Assembly (NCBI RefSeq): GCF_016433145.1
Contig: NC_058130.1
Span: 726,185,885-726,249,884, forward strand
Direction of reading: 5' to 3'
Length of the DNA stretch: 64,000 nucleotides
Source: Gracilinanus agilis
Taxonomy: Eukaryota
Part shown: in pieces, positions 24,031 through 35,210 of the stretch
Numbering within the stretch: the first letter of the stretch is position 1
Layout: the number at the start of each line of letters is the position of its first letter
The notes under the pieces: generated by a model
Database searches by the model: none
Told to the model about the DNA's origin: nothing
Seen by the model: only the letters and a program-made list of their open reading frames with translations
Translations under genes and position numbers: made by a program

Positions 24031-24804
24031 CCAATGCACTTCTTTATTAAACTGGATTTGATTGCCTCCATTGGATGTGATGGTTTTTATTCAAATAATT
24101 ATAGAACTGGAAGATTAATAAATTCATTGAAACTCTACTCAAAGCATGAATCTCCTCTAAAATACACAGACCAAGGTTGTCCAGCCTCTATCTGAAGATA
24201 CCCAGTAGTGGGGAATTCATTCCTGGAATCCCCCTTCCTCCCAGAGAAGGAAATGAGAATCATACCAATAATAATAAGAGCTAATTTGCATGTATTGGTT
24301 TTTAATGTTTAATGTTTGTAAAGTGTTTATCTATCATTTGGCTGCATAAGAACCTCTCAGCTTCTGCAAATAACAAATGAGAGATTCAGAAAGAAAGTCA
24401 TATGTCTCTAGTCACATAGGAGTAGGATTAGAACTCACGACTTTACTGATTCCAAGTCCAAGGTTTTTTTCTACTACTATGTTGCTTCTAAACAAGAACC
24501 AAACTACTCAGAGAAAATGAGGATGGCACAACCATTTACAAGACTGCCAGGAGTCTGAAACTAATATAGAAGAAAATCTTCTCTCTCTGGCACCAAACAA
24601 AGCACCCCCCAAGAATGTTCTGCTGTACATGACGGGAGTGATGGCCAGGCATTCTGCCCAGCTCATGGGAAGCAAGGGGAGAGAAGCAGGAAGAGATCAA
24701 GGTCTCAAGAAAACAAAAGGTCAAGGTATACAAATTTGCCTGTTACCACTAGTGGGCTAATAAAATGAGATTTTTCCAAAAAGCATTCAATAAACCTTTA
24801 TTAG

Positions 24805-25060
24805 AGGCAGCTGTGGCTTAGTGGTTTAAGAGCACTGGCTCTGCAGTCAGGAAGATGAATTCAAATCCAACTGTAAACACTTATTGGTGGTGTGATCCTG
24901 AGCAAGTCACTTAATCTCTGATTGAATGACAAAAAGATCCACTGGATCTACTGCAGAAGGAAATGGCAAAGCACTCCAGTATCCTTGCCCAAAACAACAA
25001 CAACTCATAGAGAGCTATTGTCCATGGGGGTCACCAAGAGTCAGACATGAATGAACAACA
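24805..25060 (+). mobile_element. MAR1-like CORE-SINE
   Basis: Head, core and AAGGAAATGGCAAAGCACTCCAGTATC...GGGGTCACCAAGAGTCAGACATGA tail. Confidence 0.75.
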
Positions 25061-27062
25061 AAACATTTATTAAACATCTTCTCTGTGTCAGGCATTGTGC
25101 TAAGGGCATGGAGATATGAATAAAAGAAAGGCCAATCATTATCCTCATGGAGTTTACAATCCAATGGGGGAAGGCAAAAGGAGGAACCTGGCATGAGATT
25201 TCCTGGAGGAGAAACCAATCAGAGCTACTGAGGAAAATGGAAATGTATTTACATGAAGGAATGAAATTATATAATCAGATGATCCTGGTTCTAGAGCTGG
25301 CTCTGCCCCTTCCTGATCTTCCCATAAAATGAAATAATATTGGGACAGTCTCTACTTCCCCAGGCTGCAAGAGTTCCATACAATTGTATGCCATTAACCA
25401 GACATAAAAAGAAGCTCGGGCTTCTACAACACATGAATACTTACAAAGTGTTTACTTGATAGCATTAGGCCTCATAAGAATCTCACAACCCTATGAAGTC
25501 AATACTACATGCAATTCCATTCTGCAAATGACATTTACGAAAAGCTCTCCTCAAAGCAAAACCTGTAAAGAAGGCAGTGCAAGGATTACTCTTGCCATTT
25601 TAAAGAAAGGAAAACTGAGACTGAGAGAGGGGAAGGGGTATGCTCAAGGACAAACAATAAGTGGTGGAACTGAAACTCAAACCCAGATGTCTATAAGAGG
25701 ACTACAGAAAAACTCCAGTGGCCCACTTACATTTGTGGAAGAGGGAGAATACAACAGAAGTCACCCCAAAGGTCAATTCCCCTAATGATGCAGGGTGATT
25801 AGATAAAGCCCCTTACCTTGGAGGAAGAGGGATTATTAGACAGAAACAGTTGGAGTATATGTAAGTACAAACCCCTGATGCCAACAAAATTCTACCAACC
25901 CTTGAGTTTAGCCTTCTATGCCCTATGAATGAGGTACATAGGAGGCTACTTACCCTTTGATGGATACAGTTGAAAGAGACTTGCATACTTTTTGTCTACC
26001 TCTGTGTAAAATCACACAGCCCTTAACATCAATTAGGGGTCTGACCATTGGACTAGTATCCAGATTGAACAAACTATAACTTTCAGGGTGTGGCCATATT
26101 TGTGATTTCATTTCCCAGATCAGTAAATATAAGAAAATTAGAGAGAGGAAAATAAAGTAGAAATGAATATGTTTATTTACTAAACTGGTTCATCCCCAAT
26201 AAATCCTAGAGTCAGATCAACTAAGTATGAATTTTAACTTATATTCCTTACAGTCACAAACACCTAAGCTGCAAACTTATATGAAGTAAATCATAAAAAA
26301 ACACCCCAAGAGCTCACATTTATATAGTGTTTTAATATCTACAAAGATAGGTATGTCATCCTATGATGGCATTTGGAAGAAGTATGTTCAGGCAATTAAG
26401 ATTTCATAGGATGGTTACAGCTTTCAAAGAAAATTCTATCATAAAGAAGAGTAGCACAGGCAGTAATGGGATGCAACTGGAATGCTTGCACAGGAATGTC
26501 CACAATGACAGGATCACAGGACCATTTGAGTATTTTAGTATGATGGGAAATGAATGTTGGACCTGGAAGTCAGAAGACAGGTGGGCCCCACTTTGACCTC
26601 CCTAACTCCCTCTGCCTGGTACTATAGCAACCTGGATTTACTTCTTATTCTCCAGCTCGACTGAGCTCCAAGGAGGCAGAGCCTAATTTTAGCTCACTTT
26701 AAATAGCCTTCAGGAACTCAGACAGAGGTATGAACATAGAATATGCCTTGTAAAGTCCCCTGATCTGTTTCAAAACTGGCTCCAACAAAGACTAGTTATG
26801 CAAGTATGGGCAAGTAACAGCCTCCCTGAATCTGTCTTCTCTTCTGGAAAATAGGGGCAATAATACTTATAGCTACTTGACCTCAAAGAACTACTGAGGG
26901 AAATGCTTTAAAAACCTTAAAATATTATAAAAATTGAAACAGTTGTTATATCCCCCATAGATCCAAGATCCACATTGCAAATGATTAGGAAATGGTTGTC
27001 TAATGAATGAATGGATTGACTATGTTTCCAACCAGTCTAAAATTTTGGCCAAGTATCAGACT

Positions 27063-27066
<4 letters not shown>

Positions 27067-27110
<44 letters not shown>
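27067..27110. repeat. (CA)n microsatellite
   Basis: About 22 perfect CA units. Confidence 0.97.
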
Positions 27111-27112
<2 letters not shown>

Positions 27113-27129
27113 TGGTAGAATTAAAGCAC

Positions 27130-27400
27130 ATTAGAGCAGAAAAAACTGGAAAGAAAGTAGGTGCAACTGACTGGGGAATTACTAAATGAATTGTGATACA
27201 ATAATGTAATGCAGTATTAGAGCACTATCAGAAGCAACAAACATATAAGAATTCTGAGAAGCATGGAAAAACGTGAACTGATGCAAAACAAAGAACCAAA
27301 AAGAAAAAAATACACAATGGCTCAAATGATGTAAATTAGTAGAAAACTAACTTTTCCACCTCCCTTCCACAAAAATTTTCATGAAAATGGTCACTGTGTA
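27130..27400 (+). mobile_element. Ancient L1 ORF2 3'-end fragment
   Basis: GACTGGGGAATTACTAAATGAATTGTGATACAATAATGTAATGCAGTATTA resembles the L1 'IGEWLNKLWY...MEYY' coding segment. Confidence 0.55.
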
Positions 27401-28699
27401 ATTAGAATCAGTTAGTAGTCAATAAACATTATTAAATGCCTACTATGTGTCAGCAGAAGCACTAAGAATGCAAAAAGAGGCAAAATAAATAAAGTCCCTA
27501 CCATCAAGAAGCACAGTTTAATGATCACCATGCTTGACCAACCCTGTTGAAGAGGTAAGAAAACATACCTCCTTTCCCACTTTGCAGAGAGAAGGAGAAA
27601 TATTGCACATACTGTTTGACATAGCTAATTTGTTGGCTGATTTTGCACAACTTTTTCTCTCCTTATTTTTAATCTTTGGCTGGTTTTCTGGGTACAGGAA
27701 GACAAAGGAACATATTCAGAAATGAAGATAACATAAAAACAAAAAACTGGAATAACCCCCCCCCCCCAAATATCTGGTTTGATGGAATCTTGGCCAGCAC
27801 TTTTGTTCTTCTGGCACAGGCTCTAAGATCTGAGAGTCACTTCCACAACACTGTTGTCAAGGGAGAGACTGCAGAGTTCAATTAGTCCTAACCTACCCCT
27901 AATTTTAAACATGGAAAAACTAAGGCCCATAGAGAAGAAGGAACTTGCCCAAGGTCATACAGTTCCATTGTGGTAGTGCTGGGACTTGTAGTCCAGTGGC
28001 CCCATGGTACCATGCTCTGATTTTCTGGATTCTACCTATGGGGGAAGTTGAATAACTTAATTAAGAGCCTGGGCAGACATAGACAATCAAATGCTGTAGC
28101 AACAGTTAGTCTTGGGTTAATCACTCTCCACAGGGTACTGTCTCATGCTCTGTCCAGTCAGGCTAAAGTGTCTCAAGTGACAAGGCTAATTCTATTTAAA
28201 AATCCCAGTGCAATCTCATAAAATGGTGAGAAATGAGACCAAGGTCAAGTTACCAGGCAAAAGGGCCCTCTGGGACAGACCCTGAATGAATAATAAGCCT
28301 AAAAGCTGCCATTCCCTCTTTCCCCCAGCTCACTTATTAACCTGTTCTCAAGACTAATCATTTCTTCTGCTTTAAGTGATGGAGCTAAGTGGAAAGAGCA
28401 ATGAATATGGAAGGGTGGCAGAGGACCAAAGATTCTGATCTGCAACTTGAAGAACCTGAGGTTGAATCCTGACACTATTTATCATCTCAGGCAAGCTACA
28501 TCCCATCTCTAGGCCTTAGTTCATTTTTTCAATGGAAGAGTTTGAATTGCATAACCTCTAAGGTCCCTTTTCTTAGTTACAATCTCAAGAATCTGAGTTT
28601 TCCATTTTAACTAACTAACCATGGGAAAATGACTCTTCAGTTTCTTCATTTGTAAAATAATACTTTCATAGAAAGGTTGGGAGGATTAGCAGACACAGC

Positions 28700-28880
28700 A
28701 AAGTGGGCATGTAGGTAACTCACTGGATTGAGAGCCAGACAGTCCTAGGTTTAAAAAACCTCAGACACCTCCTACCCATGTGACCCTAGGCAAGTCACTT
28801 AACCCCTATTGTCTATCCCTTACTACTCTTCTGCCCTGGAACAAACACAATTGATTCAAAGACAGAAGGTAAAGGTTGGG
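28700..28880 (+). mobile_element. SINE1-like SINE
   Basis: CTCACTGGATTGAGAGCCAGAC head, GGCAAGTCACTTAACCC core. Confidence 0.75.
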
Positions 28881-30071
28881 TTTTTTTTTTCCTTTCCTTT
28901 TTTTTTTTAAAGGAAAGTTATAAGGAAGAAATAGAATTATAGCTATCAAGTACTTTGGAAGACATAATGCTATAGAAATATCAGCTGTTATTATTATTCA
29001 CAACACAGAGATTTCTGCAACTTTCTGCCTATGCTTTCTCACCTGAGAAAAGTCATGAAAAAGACTAAAGGAGCAGCAGAAATGACCAGGATGGAAGAAA
29101 GGTGGCATAGCCACACGAGACTGACATTCCAGCTAATCAATCAGTATATATTTATTAATGATCTACTTTGTGTGAGATACTAGATTAGGCACTGGGGAAA
29201 CATCGACAGAAATGAAATAGTCCCTCCCCTCAAGGAGTTTATAATCTATAATAATAGCTAACATTTAGATAATATTTTAAGGTTTGCAAACTGCTTTCCA
29301 AATATTTCATTTAATTCTCATGACAACCTCAGGAAGAAGGTGATTTTAATTATTCCCATTTTACAGGTGAGGAGGAAGCTAGGGCAGACAGAAGTGAAGT
29401 GACTTGCCCAGGGTCACACAGCTTTGAAGTGTCTAAGGCTGGATTTGAAGGTAGATCTTCCAAGCCCAGAGCTCTATTCACTGTATCATCCAGCTGCCTC
29501 ACAGTCTAGCCAGAAGAACACACACATATATAGCTAGATAAGAGACAGAAGGTAATAGGGGAAAGGGAGACAACTCTAGCAGTATCAGATAAAGTTTCAT
29601 GTAAAAAGTGGCACTTGAGATAAAGTTTAAAGGAGTTGTAGTGGAGGTGAAAGTGTATTGCAAACATTGTCAAGGCACAGAAAGGAGATGGGGAACAGTA
29701 AGAAGACCAGTCTGACTGGACTATAGTGTGTATGGAGTAGAATAAAGTATAAGAAAGGTTAGCAAGGTAGGTTGGAGTCAGGCTAGAGTAGGCTTTAAAT
29801 GATAAGACAAGTTTACCTTTGTACCTAGAAGCCATAGTTAGCCAGGAGAAAACACAAGGCGACACCAGCACTTGAGGACAAACCTTTGTGGCGACAGCAG
29901 CTATGTAGAGGATGGATCAGGGTAAGGAAAACTTGGGGCCCAAACTCCTGATTCCTTCCTATCAGGAAGGTTGGATTCTGAGGATTGCCCTCAGCCTATG
30001 ATGTCAAAATAAGGGGATAGTTTTACATTGGGTTAAAAAAAAAAAAAAAAGACTTATAGGACTGTCCATAT

Positions 30072-30267
30072 CAGTGATTCCCAAACTTTTTTGGCCTACC
30101 ACCCCCTTTCTAGAAAAAATATTACTTAGCCCTCTGGAATTTTTAAAATTTTTAAAAATTTTAATAGCAATTAATAGGAAAGATAAAGGCACCTGTGGCC
30201 ATCACCGCCCCTCTGGATCACTGCAGCACCCACCTGGGGGTGGTGGCGTCCATTTTGGGAATCACTA
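30072..30267. mobile_element. hAT (Charlie-group) MITE, 196 bp
   Basis: TIRs CAGTGATTCCCAAA (30072-30085) and TTTGGGAATCACTA (30254-30267; 1 mismatch); perfect 8-bp TSD GTCCATAT at 30064-30071 and 30268-30275. Confidence 0.92.
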
Positions 30268-30277
30268 GTCCATATCA

Positions 30278-30465
30278 AGGGCAGCTAGGTAGCAAAAAGG
30301 ATAGATTGTCAGGCTTAGAGTCAGGAAAATCTGAGTTCAAAATTGGCTTCAGATACTTTCTAGCTATATTGTGTGGCCCTGGGCAAGTCATTTAGTCCCA
30401 GCTGCTTAGCTTTGCTACTCTGTTTTAGAAGTGAGACAGAAAGTAATGGTTTAAAAAAAATTTTT
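30278..30465 (+). mobile_element. SINE1-like SINE immediately after the MITE
   Basis: GGGCAGCTAGG head, GAGTTCAAAATTGGC, GGGCAAGTCATTTA core. Confidence 0.7.
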
Positions 30466-33400
30466 AAATAAAACAAATACCTGCCAAACTGCTCTGTAGT
30501 TTCACTAGAAGTTCTTGTCAAATAGGGAATTCTTCCCTCAGGAAATGAATGTTCTTCGACTTATCAAACACTGGGGTGAGTCCAATTGTTGCTGGCTATT
30601 CTATAACCTGACAACCTCAGGTTCTTCTTCCTTTATGCCTACTCTTTTTTTTTTTTAATTTCCCTTGAGCCTCTAGACTTTTTGTAACCCAGCTTTTGGC
30701 CTTCCATACTGAAAAGGCTATTTATTTAACCACCTCTTCCTCCAAGTACCATAATGTATGATGCTGTGAGGGAACATAGATTACAATCTTTCCACTGCTA
30801 TTAAAGACCCTTCTTTATAACTACTTTGGTATAGCAGGACCTCATTTTACAGGAACTCAAAACGCTTGAATTTCAGCTTCTGTGGAAGGTCACATAAAAT
30901 AGGACCTAGTGTCTGTCCTTGGTTTTTCTCAGGTTGACAAGGCTCAAAACCACTTTGTAAGGACAGTGGGTCAGTCAGTCAAAAAGCATTTAGTATGTAC
31001 CTACCATTTGTCAGGCATTATATTAAGTGCTTTACAAATGAGGATGATCTTTATTATCCTTAATTAGCAGATGAGGAAATTGAGTCTCAGAAGTCATGTA
31101 TCTTTTGCCCAATGAGTAAGTCTGATACCAGTAAGTGCCTGAGTCAGGATTACAACTCAGATCTCCTGCAAGAGAAAGCAGGATAGGATAGAGCACTGAT
31201 TCTAGAGTCAGAGGACCTAGGTTCAAATGATCCTCTTCCCTTTGTAAGTTGAAGGAACCTAAGCAAGTGACTCCTCTTCTCTGGGTCTCAGATTTCTCAT
31301 TTGTAAAATGAAGTCCTCAAACTAGATAGCCATTAAGATTCTCTCTAGGCTGAGGCCTTGAGCCACTCCTCCTCACAGCCTGAGGCTGCCTCCTGGTAAT
31401 AGGGCACTTTCTGGTTCATCTCATTGGATCCTTCCACTGCCATTGGGAGGCAAGGAATAATAATTCTTCATATTCTCATCTTGCAACAAGATGATGAGGT
31501 TTAGAGAAGGAAGGCACATGCCCAGGCTCACAGACCTTATAAGTGGTGAGCCCAGGCATGGATCTAAGGTCTCTTGGCTCCAAATATAAGCCTCTATTAT
31601 ATTATAGTACTACAAGTCTCTTCTAGCTTTAAGATTTTTTTCTGTTCACTTTTGGAGACAGGGAGGTGGGCATAAAGCAACTAACATGGGTCTATTAAGA
31701 AAACCCCCCTGGGGGTAATAATGCCTTTGCCTAAGAACACCAAAGAAGTATAGTAGAGAGTGCCTTGGCACTTGGAGCTGATGAAGTAGGCCCATGTTTG
31801 GGTTTGTGACAAGCCCTGGGACTCAAAGAGAAACAGCATGGCTTAAGGCAATAAGCCCTGTATTTAGAAACAGGGTTGGGGTTCTAATGCTAACCCTGCT
31901 CTCTATTGCCGGCAGTGTAATCTCAGACAATTCATGAGGCCTCAATTCCTCATCTGAAAGGAGAAGGTTGGCATAGATGAGCACTCCAAGGTACTTTCTA
32001 GATCTAAAGCCTATGATGCCACAATCTACCTGAGTTTGAGTTTTGATAAAGCACATGACAAATCTCATGTGGCCTCCCTGCAACATGGCCTTGGGAGAGA
32101 CATAATTTCTGAAAGAGTTCCAGAAATATGGACAATGATTATTCCCTTTGGAAGAAACAAAACAGAGGGAACAAAAGGTGAAGTTTTGCCTGTTTCTGGT
32201 ACAGAGATTTGACTCCAAGATCTTTTCTTCCAAGTTGCAGCTGTTGAAGCTATTTCAGTTTCTTCAAACTAAGCAACATGCTTTTCAAAAATAGCATGTG
32301 AAAATAAAGAAGTACTAAATTTGGAAAGTTTGCACCCAGAAACATTCTTTGGAAAGATGGGAGAGGTTGTAAAGCAGATTTCTAACCTACAGTGATAACT
32401 GCAGTAGTTAAAATAACCAATGAGCAAATAAGGAATTTCTGAAGCCTACTAGTGCCTCAAACCTAAGTTTGAAGGCCAATGAAGAAGAGCTGCTAATATA
32501 ATCTTAACAGGTTAGTAGGGAATCTAAGTCAGGTTCAGAGATATAACAAGGTCTATAAAATCAGGTGTCAATTTAAAAATGCTGTTCCTTACATTTAAGC
32601 TCTCACGTGGGGCTTTCTGGTCAATAAAGTGTCAAGAGTCTAAACAAACCCTAAAGACAACTGTTAGCAGGAACCTCTCCTTCGCAATTGCACAAGCTTT
32701 TTTTTTTTGGATCCCCAGAGCATAGCACACAATTAACGCTTGTGGACCAGACCTGACCTGACACAAGCTTTTGTTGGAAGACTTCACCATGTACCCAGGG
32801 CTGTGACTACTCTATTTCTTGACAGCTCTCAACAAGGTATTTTTCTTTCTAACATCCCCCCATAAGAGCTCTCAGGCCCAAGTTCTGAATTCTGGAGCCA
32901 AAGAGAACCAAGATGATCCTTCTTCCCCTCTTGAGAGAGAGAAATCATGGCACCGTTTCTGATCCAAGCTCAGCATGTCCATTTCCCTCAAATAATCTTC
33001 ATATACTACAGTTTAAAGTCCCTTTGCCAAGACTTTGAGCAGATCGGAGTTTACCAAAGGATCCTAACTCAATCCTCACTGTAGATGCCACTCAAGCACT
33101 TCGTGCTGCTTTCTCTTGGGTTGAAGATGATTCTGGAGTTCTGCTCAGGGAGTTCATGGGCCCAGGACTAGACAATCTGGCAGATGGGGTGTAGTCTCAT
33201 CAAGTGCAAAAAAAAAAGGAAGGGGGAAAAAAAGGCTCATCACCAGGTAGGGTAGTGCCTGCACAGCAACTCTCAAAGACCTAGGAAGTCATGGAAGCTC
33301 TATAATTGGAATAAGTTAGAGAAGATGGACCATCTGGGGGAATCTGAGGAAGCTCTTCAGACTTTAAAGTGCTTTCAACAAACCCAATTTGGTCCTCTTA

Positions 33401-33852
33401 AAGCTAGGTGCCACAGGAAAGAGCTGGAGGAAGCATGGTCTGGTGGAAAGTGAAAACCAAGTCTAGAGACAAAAGATTTTAATTCCCTTTTAGGTACTCT
33501 GGCAAGTCAATTGCTCTGAACCTGTTTCTTCATCTGTAAAACAAAGGGTTTGGATGAGATGGACTCTATGGTTCCTTCAAGCTTTCTATCTATGATTCTG
33601 TGGACACACAATTATTATCCCCATTTGGTATATCTGAAGTACATACTTAGTGAAAGAAAGTAACTAAGAGAACCTAGGCATCCTGACTCTTGTGTTCTCT
33701 TTCAGGCAGTATCCTTCTTAGTCCAAATCGACTTGATCCAGTGAAAATTCTCAGTTCTTCTAGCTCTATGTGTCTCTATAAGCAACTTCAAACCCCAGAT
33801 AATCCTTTCTGAAAAACTGAGTGGAAGGTAATGTCATAAATTAAAGGATTAG

Positions 33853-34035
33853 GGGGCAGCTGGGTAGCTCAGTGGATTGAGAGCCAGGCCTAGAGATGGG
33901 AGGTCCTGGGTTCAAATCTGGCCTCAGACACTTCCCAGCTTTGTGACCCTGGGCAAGTCACTTGACCCCCATTGCCCACCCTTACCACTCTTCCACCTAT
34001 GCGCCAATATATAGAAGTTAAGGGCTCAAAAAAAA
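33853..34035 (+). mobile_element. Young SINE1_Mdo-like SINE, ~475 nt into the first intron of the short isoform
   Basis: Near-consensus GGGGGCAGCTGGGTAGCTCAGTGGATTGAGAGCCAGGCCTAGAGATGGGAGG... with A tail. Confidence 0.92.
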
Positions 34036-34509
34036 AATAGATAAAGGAGTAAAGGAGAAAGGGGGGAAGGGGGGAGGAAGGGAAGGAAAGAGCCAGGTAG
34101 ACTCAGAGAACACAGGAAGCCAGAACTCCAGAGTACCTTAGAACACAAAGGACCTTTGATGACCCCTTTTTTAGCAAAAAGATGTGAAAAATGAGGCACT
34201 GAAGGGGAAATGATTTGTACAAAGTTGCAAAGAGGCAGAACTAGAATCCAGGTTTCCAGCCTCTAAGTCACCCCCCCATCCAACTCTCCCCTTCTTGAAA
34301 GTGTCAAAGGCTTGCAGAAAACTTTAAAACTTAAGTACAATATAACCCTTTTCCAAGTGTCCCAACCCCTACCCCTTCCATTTTCTAGCTTCACTAAAAT
34401 GCTTTGTTGGCTAGTAGCCAACTCCCAGAAATTGTGAACTCTGACATGGGCTCTCTTTCCCAAGTCCAACAAGAGACAGGCACAGAGACAAGGGCATGCT
34501 TGGCATTAC

Positions 34510-34554
34510 CTGGTTTAGTGCTGAGAACTGTAGCCAAAACTGCATCTGGGCCAT
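34510..34554 (-). CDS. SBNO2: SBNO2 alternative first coding exon (short isoform): MAQMQFWLQFSALNQ
   Basis: ATG in strong Kozak context (tAgcATGG), 15 codons, donor CAG|gtaatg at phase 0, in frame with exon 16701. Closely resembles the recalled human isoform-2 segment MSQLQLWLQFEALNK. Confidence 0.88.
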
Positions 34555-35210
34555 GCTACAAGGACACTGGACTCAGAGCAGCCCACAGGACAGGCTCCCC
34601 TTTCACACCAAAGCAGGGGGAAAGCCACATTCATGACAGCAGCAGCAACATCAGCAGCAACAGCAGGAGTAGCCTTTCAATGCCAAGGGCTCAGGCAAGC
34701 AGCAGAAAGAAAACTGGCAAAGAGGGAGAAGAGCCTGAGGTGGCCCCCCTGGCTGGGAGGGGACAGACAGAGGCAAGGCTGCTCTCAGGCTCAGCACAGG
34801 AGATTTGCATAGGCTGTTTAGTCATGTAGCCTCAGCGCCTACTTCCTCTAAGGCCAGGGCTGACTTTCAGGAAATGATGTCTGCTTGGTAAGTCAGTGAA
34901 ATTACCGGCAGTGTGATGAGAATTACTGTATGTGGTGTAATTGAGCTGCTGAGACACTGTAAACAAAGCTGACCTCTTCAATGGGCTTTGATTTCACGTG
35001 GGACAGAAAGGAAGCCTCCAGCTACCTGGCCCTTGATGAAGAGGCTGCCCATTTCTTCATTTTTCTTTTAGCAGTCAGTCAAAGCCCCCAGCCTTTAGCT
35101 TCCAGCTTTGTGTGTATGTATGGGGGGAGGGAGGGGAGAAGGAGGGAATATGAGAGAGAGCATAGGGTGAGGGTGTGGAGATTTTAAGGACACACTTTTT
35201 TATATGAGAC
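34555..35210 (-). promoter_or_regulatory. Putative 5' leader and internal promoter of the SBNO2 short isoform
   Basis: Repeat-free stretch directly upstream of the alternative ATG. Contains octamer ATTTGCAT 34803-34810, ETS ACTTCCT 34841-34847, STAT-like TTTCAGGAA 34865-34873, FOX GTAAACA 34959-34965 and E-box CACGTG 34995-35000. TSS not determinable from sequence. Confidence 0.6.

Larger units (their letters stand above)
1..34700 (-). other. SBNO2: SBNO2 short-isoform transcription unit, partial (3' part runs off the left edge; TSS position approximate)
   Basis: Seven phase-compatible GT-AG exons splice to 253 aa. [18 protein letters not shown] and TYADYVPSK match SBNO2 rather than SBNO1 (recalled as HPDAVVETSSLSSV and TYAEYMPIK). 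Intron sizes are 17808, 9905, 823, 1492, 644 and 255 nt. Confidence 0.95.

Noticed and set aside
33060-33240. Minus-strand pyrimidine tract with AG...gtgag exon-like segment
   Set aside because: No frame gives SBNO2-like sequence, and the AG is far from the pyrimidine tract.
34404-34829. 141-aa plus-strand ORF antisense to the alternative first exon
   Set aside because: Starts at TTG, contains a low-complexity SSS stretch from the CAG repeat and has no recognisable domain; best explained as the shadow of a GC-richer leader.
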